From Macrostomum lignano (Eukaryota), in NCBI GenBank assembly GCA_002269645.1, contig NIVC01003040.1, positions 59,666 through 123,665 of the forward strand: DNA of 64,000 bases, given 5' to 3'. The notes below the pieces were generated by a model. That model had not been told where the DNA came from and made no database searches. It worked only from the letters and a program-made list of their open reading frames with translations. This document shows positions 24,717-37,829 of this stretch, piece after piece (positions within the stretch are counted from its first letter, which is position 1; each line of letters opens with the position of its first letter). The position numbers and the translations under genes are program-made.

Positions 24717-26361
24717 CATTTAAGCATTTTGCCAAAAATTTTTTTGCTTTATAATCATTGCTTTTAGGCAAATAACTAAGAAAACAAAAAAATCATATGA
24801 TTTTATTTTGTAAACCAAAAAGGTTAAAACTAGCCCTAGCCTAGGTAAAATAAAAAACAAGTTTTTTGCTCCTTTCATTTCTATATTTATATAAGCTTTA
24901 GGTGGTAAAGTGGCTTTTTATAAGATTGCACCTAGTCAGCTAATTTATAAAATATTGCATAGAAAAAACTTTGTGCTTAAAGTAAACAAACAATATAATA
25001 AAACCAATCTTAAGTGAATAACATTTGGCTTTGGCAAGAATTTAGACTTAGTTAGTTATTAATTTTAATATATAAAAACTTAATAATTTTTAGCCTTATA
25101 ATAAGCCTTAATATGTCTATTTTGGATATTATCTCCTTTTACAAATTAATATATCAGACTTAGTGCATAATGAATGAGCAGATACTAGAATTTATGTAGA
25201 CCACATATTGATAATGACCACATTGAAAATTGAAATTGTTGTTGCTATGGCTATATTGTGTACTTGCCATCTGGTAGGCCTAAGATTAAGGTATTGAGAA
25301 AAAAATAATTAAAGTGCATTGGATTTTTGGACTTAAAGACATTATTAGTTATTAGATTAGAATGTCTTGCTTTGACGCGCAGTTCTTGACTGAACACGGG
25401 TGGAAACACTTAAAAACACTAAAGTACATATTTGCCTTTTATCTGCTCTAAAATTCAAAAAGTTTAAGCATCCAACTAATAAATTTTTTATTTCGATAAC
25501 TTAAATGTTCGTTTGGTTTAATTTTTTAAATAATAATGGCTTTTTTGTTTCTCTTTTCTTATTGAAAAAATTCAAACATTTGTCATTTCTACGAAACTGA
25601 CAAAATTAAATAAATAGCTGCTAGGACTCTCCGGGCATCCACATGCAGCGTCAGCCGTCGTCGCCCATTTCGCCAAAAATAGGGCATAGGACACGGCCCA
25701 GTTCCGCGGTCTGCAAGAATGGACTTAGAGAATTAAAGCAAACATACATGTTATTTTACTTGTTTGAATTATGTATGAGTGACTTAAGCCATAAGGGCAT
25801 AGTTCTAGTTTACTTCGTTATATTCCAACCCCCTACCCTTGAATAGAGGTCAAAATAACTTAACGCAGTAAACTAGAACTATACCGACTTAAGAGTTATG
25901 TAAAGTGGCATGCTATATATCTTTGTATACATATATATATATATCGAAAAAACAATTAATAGTAGCAATGCAAATCAATCTTGGTGAGCAATGCAAAGCA
26001 ATGCACTTTACAACCTTTAAAGAAAGGTTGCATTTTTTAATCAGAACAATATGGAATTGATCTAAGTACATATGACTTGGCCAAAAATTGCAAATGCAGC
26101 CTATTTCATTCAAATTTATTATAATTAATATTTTTAAGAAATATTGCATTGGATTAAAATTACATTTAGTAATATTTCACATCTAAAATTTTTATTACAT
26201 TTTAATAATATGATATATACATATAATATATAGCTTATGCTGCATGTTATTTTACATATTATTTGCACATTATCTTATTTTTTCCTATTTTCCACACGTT
26301 ATTTTTCTGTTTTTAGTCAATTAAAAACATATAATATTAAGGTGAATATATTTTTATATTA

Positions 26362-27351
26362 TATGAGGGGTGTCCCAAAAGTTGGTGCACTTTCTTCACT
26401 ACAGTCTTTTTTGACTAATCAGAAATATTAAGTCTTTTGCAGTTGAAAAGAGAATTATCTGCCTGTTAAAATGACTTTCTGTTTATTTCTGTATCTGCTG
26501 GCATTCTTAAGATATGAGCACTTTTCTGCCTACCCCCTGTGCTACTTTTACAAATTGCTGTAGACCAAAGCTTTGTACCTGATGCATGAAACAACTAAAC
26601 ATTCAACGAATCAACAAAACATCTGCAACATGAAAGCTAAGGAAAGAACAGTCAAAAGTTAATCAACATTGTCCTAAGGCTTCTTTACATAGTCACCACT
26701 GGGTGCGTTGCACACTTCTGCCATTGGCTGTGCATGTTGTCAATGTCATCAATCAGCAAAATCTGAGTGTGGCATCTCATGAAAAAGAACTTGGCAAGTG
26801 CTTCCAGGCTCCCACGACAAGCAAAGATTTGTCTATGCAGTAGCTTTTTCCTCTTTGGAAAGAAGGCAAAGTCAGCTATTGAGAAATCCAGAGAGTAAGG
26901 TGGCAGTGAGAGCAGCACAAAATTTGCCTGCTCAATTGTCTCCTCCAATTTCTTGGCCATGTGGGACGTGCATTGTCAACATGCATAGACGATGGCAGAA
27001 GTGTGCAGCGCAGTGGTGATTATGTGGAGAAGCCTCAGGACAATGTTGATTGACTTTTAAATGTTCTTTCCTCAGCTTTCATGTTGCGGATGTTTTGTTG
27101 ATTCATTGAATGCTTTGTCATTTCGTGCATCAGGTACAAAGCTTTGGTTTATGGCAATTTGTAAAAGTAGCACAGGGGGTGGGGCAGAAAAGTGCTCATA
27201 TCTCAAGAATGCCAGCAGATACAGAAATAAACAGAAAGTCATTTTAATGGGCAGATAATTCTCTTTTCAACTGCAAAAGACTTAATATTTCTGATTAGTC
27301 AGAAAAGACTATAGTGAAGAAAGTGCACTGACTTTTGGGATATCCCTCGTA
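26362..27351. mobile_element. Mariner/Tc1-derived fold-back non-autonomous element with ~390-bp inverted arms
   Basis: Termini TA(T/C)GAGGG.TGTCCCAAAAG and CTTTTGGGATATCCCTCGTA. The minus strand encodes a mariner C-terminal remnant, 'LPPYSLDFSIADFAFFPKRKKLL...WQKC' (cf. HPPYSPDLAPSDF.LFPKLK). Segment 26362-~26745 is the reverse complement of ~26970-27351. Confidence 0.85.
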
Positions 27352-27760
27352 TTATAATTTAGTACTTTTTATTTGTTTAGGGCCTACTATTGTAATAAAG
27401 AGTTATTGGACTCTTTTTAGGCAATGCCTAAAAATTCTTGCATGTCATACCATAGTTTGGAAGGCAACATATATGCAGGGATTTCCCGGTATACAACAAG
27501 GGTACTTGCAATTTTTCAGCATATATTAGCATATATCTTAGCATACATAACACAGCAGAAACATTGTATCAATGATACATTTTTTTAGTTTTAGCATACA
27601 AATGAGGTCTCTTAATTTTTCTGGCATTGGACCTGGCATATACTAATATACAATCCAAACTATAAATGTCATAGTGGCATTAACAATAGTGCACACCAAA
27701 AGTTTTTGTTAATATCAAAAAATCTTAATGGCCTCTTGTGCATATTACTAGTACATATAG

Positions 27761-28168
27761 CAGGGGTTGGCAAACTCTGGCCTATAGGCCAGATGGCAGA
27801 TGTGACCTGCAAAGCCTCTCTATCTAGCCTTGGGGTCTTTTGAAATTTCACAATTGCAATCTGGCCTACTCAAGGTTTGTGTTTCTTCTTAGTTATCTTC
27901 TCACCTCTCTTCTTATCTTTCCTGTCTTCCTCTCCTTTCCTCTTATCTCCTCTCATCTCTTTTCTTATCTCTTATTTCCTCTCTCTTCTCTCTCCTCTTC
28001 TTTCTCCTCTCTTCTCTTTTCTATTTTATTGCCTCTTCTCTCTTATCCTTCATTCATTAGCTGCTCCTTTTTCTTATTTCTCTTCCCTATTCTCTCTTTT
28101 CCTCTGGCCTGCAGTCATGCACTGGGTTATCCATCTGGCCCTTGAGGTAAAAAGTTTGCCAAGCCTTG
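27761..28168. mobile_element. hAT-family MITE
   Basis: TIRs caggggttggcaaac and gtttgccaagccttg, with subterminal ggccagatgg at both ends. The 8-bp TSD is acatatag/atatatag. The interior is filled with CT-rich sequence. Confidence 0.7.
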
Positions 28169-29463
28169 ATATATAGCATTTGACTATTTAGGCCCTTTTT
28201 GCAGAATTCTCCCTATAAAATAGCTTTTTAAAGAGTATAGGCTATGGCTAATGGCTATATAGTAAAGTATAGCATTGCTTTGTATGATGTCTGACATATA
28301 TAAAAGTACCATATTAGGATCCATTTTTAAGACATAATAAACTTGTGCATAAGTTGTATATAAAATATTAATATTGTGGCAAAGTTGCATGTCTAATGAA
28401 AAGCATAATTAAGAATTTAAGTGCTATCATTTTTGTTATGCAACATGTTTCACCTCTAAAACATGCAATTTGCCATGCCAAGTATGTCGTATAACAAAAA
28501 ATGATAATGCTCACGTTCTTAATAAAATAATAAATATAACTGTCTTATATAGCATATACATATATATGTAATAGTAGTTTTAGGACTCTATTTTGAGTCC
28601 TAAACTGGGTCCTAAAAATACTAAGTTTTTTTCTTTTTTGAGTCCTAAAAATACCTAAATTTTTCGGTATTTTTAAACATACTATATTCCAATAATCCAA
28701 CATTCCCATTTTTAGTTTAGAGCCAAAAAATTACTTTCATTATTATAAGTTGGTCTATGGTGGTATTTATGATAGAGGCACAAATAAATTTTTTTTTAAT
28801 ATAGTGAATTTAAAAAAGTATATAGTTTCAATTGTTTGATTGCAGCTACTTTATACAATATTTATGATGCCATGGAACAGTCTGAAAAAATAAAAGCCAG
28901 AATGTTCCAACAGGAGTTTATATAGGAATTCAACTTACTATATTCATAATGTATAATTTATTATAGAAATTTCTAGAATTACAGTGTATGCTAATACAAT
29001 AGCCCACAGAGTCCCAATAAGAAGAAAATTAAAAAATTCAAACAAATGATGCAATTTAGCCATATTTAGCTGAGCAAATTGCTGCTGTTACTAATGAGAC
29101 TTGCCTATAGGAAACTGGTAGAACCATATGCTTCCATGTAACAATGGAAGCTAATAAATGCTAATTGGATGACAAAGCGTTTAGCCTTAATTACACAGTT
29201 ATAGTTACTCACGCCGTTTACCTGAAGTTCAAAAGTCAAAAAAAGTCTTGTGGCCAGTGTTAATCAGGGGGGTTGCGCATGTATGGTTCTTTTTGTATTA
29301 TCTTTAAAAAATGTGCCAATTTATCTAACATTTAGTGGCAATGATAGGCAAATATATTGATTTTTTGCCTTTAATCAAACAGCTGTTAAGTAAATTAAAC
29401 TTAGTTATTATTTCTGTGTGTGCATCTCTGATATTTGCTTTGACATTGCAGGCGGGCCGCACA

Positions 29464-32015
29464 ATGAAGGAGCTCCTGTCACTGACGGTGCTGAGCCAGT
29501 CTGGCGCCCAGTTCGTGCACGAATTCCCCTCGGACACTGAGCTCTCTGTGGTCGCCGACCGGGCCCAGGCCGCCCTGGCCGCCAGCAGAGGCGTCCTGCT
29601 CGGCCAGCCGATCCAGCTGCTGCACGTCCGCACTGGCCGGCGACTGGCGCCCTGCCTCAGCCTGGCTGCTGCGGCCGTGCGGCCCGGCGACGAGCTGCTC
29701 CTGCTGCCCCCGCCGCCGCCACCGCCGTCGCCTCCGGCCCGAACGCCCTCTCCGGAAGCGTCTTTCCGGTCGCTGCTGTTCGGCGTCGGCGAAGGCGGCG
29801 CAGCCTCGGCTATTGAATTCGCCCGCGATGCTTCCACGTCAACAGACGAGCCGCTGCTGCGCCAGTCGCCCTCGGCTTCTGCGTCTCCAGCCGCCGAGAG
29901 ACGGCACGGCAGCCACGTGAATCTGGAGGACATCGAGGCCGCCACCCGACACCTGGAACCCCGGTCGCCGCCGCCGCCGCCGCCCCCAGCAACGCCCCCA
30001 GCAACGCAGTCCCCGTCGCGCAATTCCCAGGACTCCTCGGGTCCGCAGCGAATCACTGGGCAGGCTTTCTCGCGCGCCCTGGCGCCAACTTTGGTGACGC
30101 TGATTGACACCTGCCAGCGATTGCTGTGCACTCATCCGGATGCTGAGAAGCTGATGCAGCTGGTCCGGTCGGGCAGCTCAGCGCCTGCTGCGCCGCGCCC
30201 GGCGCCGGACCTGCAGTTGGTGCGCCAGCTGGCCGAGATGGGCTTCCCCGAGGAGCAGGCGAAGCGCGCGCTGGCCCTGGCGCACAACAGCCTGGCTGAC
30301 GCCACCGACTGCCTGCTGGCTGGCGAGTCGGCTCTGGCCGCGGCGGAGGCGCCCCAGCCAGCTGCTCAAGCCGAGTCTGAGTCCGCCAGCCAGGCTGGTA
30401 TGGCGGGAGTGAAGTTGGGGCTGAGTCACTGTCATGGTCATGTTGAGTAGGATCTGGGATATTGTCAGTGTCATGTTGAGTAGGATCTGGGATATTGTCA
30501 ATGTCATGTTGAGTAGGATCTGGGATATTGTCAGTGTCATGTTGAGTAGGATCTGGGATATTGTCAATGTCATGTTGAGTAGGATCTGGGATATTGTCAA
30601 TGTCATGTTGAGTAGGATCTGGGATATTGTCAATGTCATGTTGAGTAGGATCTGGGATATTGTCAGTGTCATGTTGAGTAGGATCTGGGATATTGTCAAT
30701 GTCATGTTGAGTAGGATCTGGGATATTGTCAATGTCATGTTGAGTAGGATCTGGGATATTGTCAATGTCATGTTGAGTAGGATCTGGGATATTGTCAATG
30801 TCATGTTGAGTAGGATCTGGGATATTGTCAATGTCATGTTGAGTAGGATCTGGGATATTGTCAATGTCATGTTGAGTAGGATCTGGGATATTGTCAATGT
30901 CATGTTGAGTAGGATCTGGGATATTGTCAATGTCATGTTGAGTAGGATCTGGGATATTGTCAATGTCATGTTGAGTAGGATCTGGGATATTGTCAATGTC
31001 ATGTTGAGTAGGGTCTGGGATATTGTCAATGTCATGTTGACTAGGATCTGGGATATTGTCAGTGTCATGTTGAGTAGGATCTGGGATATTGTCAATGTCA
31101 TGTTGAGTAGGATCTGGGATATTGTCAGTGTCATGTTGAGTAGGATCTGGGATATTGTCAATGTCATGTTGAGTAGGATCTGGGATATTGTCAATGTCAG
31201 CGACCTCGCAGCATCAGGATCTGCGAGGTCGCTGATGCCATACTGAGGATCTGGGAGGTCGCTAATGCCATACTGAGGATCTGCGAGGTCGCTGATGCCA
31301 TACTGAGGATCTGGGGGGGGGGAGGTCGCTAATGCCATACTGAGGATCTGGGAGGTCGCTAATGCCATACTGAGGATCTGGGAGGTCGCTAATGCCATAC
31401 TGAGGATCTGGGAGGTCGCCAATGCCATACTGAGGATCTGGGAGGTCGCCAATGCCATACTGAGGATCTGGGAGGTCGCCAATGTCACCCTGAGACAACC
31501 CAACCCCAACCATTACAGCTGACCGCGGCTTCGTGGAGCCGCTGTCGGTGCCGGGCATGCTGGAGCTGTTCCGGCAGTACAGCCGGGCCCAGTTCCGGCC
31601 CAGCCAGGCCACCCGGCTCCGCTTGCTGGACATGGGCTTCGACGAGCCAGGCGTCACGGACGCTCTTCGCTTGCACAACAATGATGAAGCCCAGGCGCTG
31701 GAGACCCTGCTGAGCGGTCAGGCCAGTCAGCATCTGCAGGAGAGCGCGGAGCTGCGGCAGCAGGGGGACGACGCCCTGACAGGCCTGGACCCGGAGTCGC
31801 CGCTGTACAAGGCGCTGATGGAGAATCCTTCGGTGCAGCTGGCCATGTGCCAGCCGGTCACCCTGCTGGCCTTCCTCAGCATCTTGGACAACCCGCTGAC
31901 CCTCAACAGCTGGCAGAATCAGCTGCCGGGATTTCAGTCGCTGATTCGAACCATAGCGTCTCTCTACTATGAGCACTCCGCTGGCGGGGAGGGGCCGCAC
32001 CTGCTCATCTCTTGA
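29464..32015 (+). CDS. UBAC1: UBAC1/KPC2-like protein (UBL-UBA-UBA-STI1-like), two exons 29464-30397 and 31519-32015
   Basis: N-terminal UBL-like 'LSLTVLSQSG...LLHVRTGRRL...DELLLL'; UBA 'LVRQLAEMGFPEEQAKRALALAHNSLADATDCLL'; UBA 'LRLLDMGFDEPGVTDALRLHNNDEAQALETLL'; C-terminal 'GLDPESPLYKALMENPSVQLAM...AFLSILDNP'. The phase-1 GT-AG intron keeps the frame. Confidence 0.85.
30425..31487. repeat. Two adjacent intronic minisatellites: 33-bp gtcatgttgagtaggatctgggatattgtcaat (~23 copies) then 30-bp gccatactgaggatctgggaggtcgctaat (~9 copies)
   Basis: Seen directly; together they fill almost the whole UBAC1 intron. Confidence 0.95.
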
Positions 32016-32464
32016 GCCAAGTTTCTCATTCTTTTACTCGATTGACCTCTGAGAAGTTTTTGCGATGTCCTGAGCACAGTGTAGTTGACCTCGTTCGACC
32101 TTCAGCAAACTATCTATGGTCTCATATTTGACTTTGGGCGAACTTTACGAGTAGATGACCTGTAATTTAGTTGACCTGGTTTGACCTTCGAACTCTAAAT
32201 GACCCCATATAGTTTTGATGACGTCATTGGACCTTCAGTGAACTTCATATGACAGGCAGTATAATTGAGCTTTGTCGAACTTTCGATGACCCAATTTGAA
32301 CTTTAGCGTCAGTCTTGCACAATTCAATTTAATTTAACTCAATCCAATTTAATTCAGTTTTTCCGATCTTGAGGGACTCGCCTAGAGAGCCGCAATGAAT
32401 ATTTCAGCGCCGCGCCATCCTGACCTCCGGCTGCTGGCCTTGCTGATCCTTGCTGATCAACTGA

Positions 32465-33310
32465 TCCACCAGTCACAGATGACCCACCAGACACTGATGA
32501 CCCACCAGTCACAGATGACCCACCAGTCACTGATAACCCACCAGACACTGATGACCCACCAGTCACAGATGACCCACCAGACACTGATGACCCACCAGTC
32601 ACAGATGACCCACCAGACACTGATGACCCACCAGTCACAGATGACCCACCAGACACTGATGACCCACCAGTCACAGATGACCCACCAGACACTGATGACC
32701 CACCAGACACTGATGAACCACCAGACACTGATGACCCACCAGACACTGATGACCTACCAGACACTGATGACCTACCAGACACTGATGACCTACCAGACAC
32801 TGATGACCTACCAGACACTGATGACCTACCAGACACTGATGACCTACCAGACACTGATGACCTACCAGACACTGATGACCCACCAGACACTGATAACCCA
32901 CCAGACACTGATGACCTACCAGACACTGATGATCCACCAGTCACTGATGACCCACCAGACACTGATGACCCACCAGTCACTGATAACCCACCAGACAGAT
33001 GACCCACTATACCCTGATGAGTCACTGATCACTGACACTGATAACCCACCAGATAAAGATGACCCACCAGACACTGATAACCCACCAGTCACTGATAACC
33101 CACCAGACAGATGACCCACTATACCCTGATGAGTCACTGATCACTGACACTGATAATCCACCAGTCACTGATGATCCACCAGTCACAGATGACCCACCAG
33201 ACACTGATGACCCACCAGTCACAGATGACCCACCAGTCACTGATAACCCACCAGACACTGATGACCCACCAGTCACAGATGACCCACCAGATACAGATGA
33301 CCCAGCCGTC
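32465..33310. repeat. 18-bp minisatellite (gatgacccaccag[ac/tc]act), with a duplicated interruption
   Basis: Seen directly; it runs straight into the cccgcag acceptor at 33314-33320. Confidence 0.95.
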
Positions 33311-33320
33311 ACTCCCGCAG

Positions 33321-34820
33321 GTAGAAATCAAGTTCGGCCTCGCATTCGTGCAAATCCTGGACCTGGACGAGAACCGGCAGCTGCTGCGCACGAACTGCTG
33401 GCTGCGGTACATGTGGCACGACCGGCTGCTGAACTGGAGCGGCTGGGCGAACACGACCCGCTAGTTCGAGAACCTGACCCAGATCCGAGTGTTCCCGGAT
33501 CTCATCTGGACGCCCGACATTCGGCTGTTGAATTTCGCCGACGAGCGACTATCAGAGCAGCGCGAGGCGCGGATTGTGGTGTACAGCCACGGCCTGGTGC
33601 TGTGGGTGCCGCAGTCTTTGTTTAAGAGCACCTGTCCGGTGGAGAGTCTTTATTTCCCATTCGACACGCAGCTCTGCGTGCTGGAGTTCGGCTCCTGGAC
33701 CTACGACGTGACCCAGCTGAACATCAACTGGTACGACTACGAGATCACCTACGACAACAACACGCAGGGCTCGGAGCCCAACCCCTACATTGATTACACT
33801 AACTACATCCCTAGCAACGAATGGGTGACGGACGGCGAGCTCGAGCCAACCATCTGGCCGTCCAGGCGCACCAAGCAGATCCGGTCCATTGTCCGGTGCC
33901 GCAACGTCACCTTCCAGTCTGCCAGCGGCGGCCAGTACAACCGGACCTACAAGACTCTGCAGTACCGGGTTCGCATGCGCCGGAGCGCCTCATTCTACCT
34001 GTCAATCCTGGTGCTGCCCTGCATGCTGCTCTCCTGCCTCACCTGGGTGATCTTCTGGCTGCCGCCAGAGTCCCCGGCCAAGATGCAGCTGGGCATGAAC
34101 ATCTTTGTGGCCTTCTTTGTCCTCATGCTGCTGCTGTCGGAGGCCACGCCGTCGGCCGTGAAGACTTTCCCGCTGATCGGGTATTACTACTGCCTGAACA
34201 TGGTGATGATCACCCTCAGCACCTTCCTGGCCGTCATCGTCATCAACCTGTACGTGTGCGCCGATCGCCACGCTCCGCTGAACCCGCTGCTCCGCCAGCT
34301 GCTTGTCGAAGGCCTCGGCCGGCTGTTCCTGGTCCGGCAGAGCGTCCCGCTGCCGCCTCCGGTGGCGTGCGGCAAGGCCGCCAAGCCGAAGAAGCAGCCG
34401 CCGCCGCCGCAACTGCCTTCGACGCAGGCGGTCGCCGCGGCGGGAGCCACTGAGGCTGAGCAGATCGGCCAGCTGCAGCGCCAGCGTCGGCACCGTCAGC
34501 AGCATCGGCAGCGGCGGCAGAAATCCAGCGGCGCCTGCTTGAACGAGGAGGATGACGCCGACGAGGAGTCGACCCGTTCCGGCTCGGTAGAGAAGGGCGT
34601 GCTGGAGCTGAAACGGCACCTGCGGATGTACCTGAGCCGGCTGAAGGAGAAGGAAAGACGGAATTCGGCGGCCATGGAGTGGCGCACCCTGGCCATTGTG
34701 CTGGACCGGATCTTCTTCACGTCCTACGTTCTGGCCATCATGGTGGCCATTGTGTTGCTCATCCCTCGGGCCCATCCGGAGCTGCCCTACGAGCGCGAGG
34801 ATCAGAAATACTGCATGTGA
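33321..34820 (+). CDS. nAChR-family Cys-loop receptor subunit (non-alpha, PA-type, predicted anion-selective); in-frame TAG at 33462-33464; N-terminal exon(s) unresolved
   Basis: 'KFGLAFVQILDLDENRQLLRTNCWLRYMWHD', 'IWTPDIRLLNFADE', Cys-loop 'CPVESLYFPFDTQLC', loop B 'FGSWTYD', M1-M3 ('LPCMLLSCLTWVIFWLPPESPAKMQLG...'), M4 'LAIVLDRIFF'. A possible signal-peptide exon starts at 32395 (MNISAPRHPDLRLLALLILA). Confidence 0.9.
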
Positions 34821-34834
34821 TGGATAATGTTGAA

Positions 34835-35425
34835 CAGGATGTTCCTTAGCTGACAGCAGGATGTTCCTTAGCTGACAGCAGGATGTTCCTTAGCTGACAG
34901 CAGGATGTTCCTTAGCTGACTGCAGGATGTTCCTTAGCTTACAGCAGGATGTTCCTTAGCTTACAGCAGGATGTCCCTTAGCTGACAGCAGGATGTTCCT
35001 TAGCTGACAGCAGGATGTTCCTTAGCTGACTGCAGGATGTTCCTTAGCTTACAGCAGGATGTTCCTTAGCTTACAGCAGGATGTTCCTTAGCTGACAGCA
35101 GGATGTTCCTTAGCTGACTGCAGGATGTTCCTTAGCTTACAGCAGGATGTTCCTTAGCTTACAGCAGGATGTTCCTTAGCTGACAGCAGGATGTTCCTTA
35201 GCTGACAGCAGAATGTTCCTTAGCTTACAGCAGGATGTCCCTTAGTTGACAGCAGGATGTTCCTTAGCTTACAGCAGGATGTCCCTTAGCTTACAGCAGG
35301 ATGTTCTTTAGCTGACAGCAGGATGTCCCTTAGTTGACAGCAGGATGTTCCTTAGCTTACAGCAGGATGTTCCTTAGCTTACAGCAGGATGTTCCTTAGC
35401 TTACAGCAGGATGTTCCTTAGCTGA
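34835..35425. repeat. 22-bp minisatellite (agcaggatgttccttagctgac), ~27 copies
   Basis: Seen directly; it starts ~15 bp after the nAChR stop codon. Confidence 0.95.
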
Positions 35426-36109
35426 GATTTTTTTTCAAGCTTAGTGATCCTAGCAGCTTTGATGATTAAAAAGCATAATTATAGTTCCGACTTGTATTGC
35501 ATAATTTCCATATTTTATATAGCACTGTATTCACTGTGTGCACCCTTTATTGCAGGCTGCAACTTTAGTATTGAGATTCCTTGTAGTGTACATTTTTTAA
35601 TCTTTGAAATTTGTGCATACGTTTTTTGGTGCATCAGACCGCCCAGATGTTTACTATTTAAACTTTAATAGGTGGTTTTTGTACTCTAGCTATTAAAACT
35701 GGTTTATCTAGTTACAATTTTATTACATTTTTCCTTATTGCACTACTTGCGTCAGTAAGCGGCATGCATTTGTCTGCATTTGTTATTTTCTTTCAAGTAA
35801 TTGATTGGGTTGTAAAACACGTACTTTCGTTTTGTGCGGACAATCAGGTTGTAGTTTTTCTTCACGTTTTGCATCGACTGTTTATCGAACATTGTCTACT
35901 ATGCGATTCTTCACCGCTTATGTTTGGCCAAACATTTTTGCGAGGTCTTCATCCGAGACTGTCTGCTGTTGTTTGTTGAAGGCAGTCGTCCGTTTTTCTT
36001 GTTATAAACCGTGCGGTAGGCTTATTGAGTTGCTTCGGTCCTTTCAGACCAACTAAAGGGGCTATATAAAAATACACTAAGGTTGTAAAAGCTTCTGAGT
36101 AGGTGGCAA

Positions 36110-37322
36110 GCCACTGAGTCGGTAGAAAAGTCACTGAGTCGGTGGAAAAGTCACTGAGTCGGTGGAAGGGTCACTGAGTCGGTGGCATAGCCACAAATGA
36201 TGTTTTAAAATCACAACTTAGGTTGTAAAGCCAAAAAATGAGGTTGTAAAGCCACAGATGAGGTTGTAAAGCAACAAATGAAGTTGTAAAGCTACAAATG
36301 AGGTTGTAAAGCCATAAATGAGGTTGTAAAGCCAAAAAATGAGGTTGTAAAGCAACAAATGAAGTTGTAAAGCCACAAATAAGGTTGTAAAGCCAAAAAA
36401 TGAGGTTGTAAAGCAACAGATAAGGTTGTAAAGGTATAGATGAGGTTGTAAAGCCATAGATTAGGTTGTAAAGCCACAGATGAAGTTGTAAAGCCACAAA
36501 TGAGGTTGTAAAGCAACAAATGAAGTTGTAAAGCCACAAATAAGGTTGTAAAGCCAAAAAATGAGGTTGTAAAGCAACAGATAAGGTTGTAAAGGTACAG
36601 ATGAGGTTGTAAAGCCATAGATGAGGTTGTAAAGCCACAGATGAAGTTGTAAAGCCACAAATGAGGTTGTAAAGCCAAAAAAATGAGGTTGTAAAGCCAC
36701 AGATGAGGTTGTAAAGCAACAAATGAAGTTGTAAAGCCACAAATAAGGTTGTAAAGCCAAAAAATGAGGTTGTAAAGCAACAGATAAGGTTGTAAAGGTA
36801 CAGATGAGGTTGTAAAGCCATAGATGAGGTTTTAAAGCCACAGATGAAGTTGTAAAGCCACAAAGGCGGTTGTAAAGTAAAAAAATGGGGTTGTAAAGCC
36901 AAAAAATGAGGTTGTAAAGCCACAGATGAGGTTGTAAAGCAACAAATAAAGTTGTAAAGCCACAAATGAGGTTGTAAAGCCATAAATGAGGTTGTAAAGC
37001 CACAGATAAGGTTGTAAAGGTACAGATGAGGTTGTAAAGCCATAGATGAGGTTATAAACCAACAAATGAGGTTGTTAAGCCAAAAAAGGAGGTTGTAAAG
37101 CCACAGATGAGGTTGTAAAGCAACAAATGAGGTTGTAAAGCCAAAAAGGAGGTTTTAAATCCAAAAATGAGGTTGTAAAGCCAAAAATGAGGTTGTAAAG
37201 ACAAAAATGAGGTTGTAAAGCTAAAAAAGAGGTTTTAAAGACAAAAAATGAGGTTGTAAAGACAAAAATGAGGTTGTAAAGACAAAAATGAGGTTGTAAA
37301 GCTGAAAAAGAGGTTGTAAAGT
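36110..37322. repeat. Short tcactgagtcggtggaaaag array followed by a ~20-22-bp minisatellite (gaggttgtaaagccacagat), ~50 copies
   Basis: Seen directly. Confidence 0.95.
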
Positions 37323-37829
37323 GATTTTATTGCAAAGAAAGTCGAATTTTGCCTTGAAATTTCACGCCCTGCGCAGTATGTATGTCTAGTCTTCAATTGG
37401 CCAGCCAGCCGATCGCTGTTGTTACGTCATCTGTTTTTGGATCCCTATTATATTTGTGGTAATTTTACTATATTTTTTTAATTTGTTACTTTTGTTACTT
37501 TATACTTTTACAAACGAATCTATTGCAAAGAATATTTATAATATTTTTTTCTAATTATTCACTAGCCATTTCTGTCTTTTGCTTGACTGCGCAGCAGGTT
37601 TTCTTCTAATAGTTCAGATCTTTTGAAATCTTTAAAAACTTATTAATTAATTAGCAGATGCTTTGTGGTAACTTGATTTTCACATACACCGCAAATTTAT
37701 GATAATGAGAGAATTTTATAACAGAATCGAAACTAGCTTTCTCTTTTGCTTTTCTGTTTATATTTCTGACTCTCACAACCATAGGAACCGCGCCACTTAG
37801 CTACCAGGGATAACCGGTCAAGCAACCAG

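Noticed and set aside
30178-33625. ORFs over the UBAC1 intron and nAChR 5' repeats (ISQILLNMTLT, MTHQTL, SVSGGS)
   Set aside because: They lie in tandem arrays bounded by canonical splice sites; unit lengths divisible by 3 explain the open frames.
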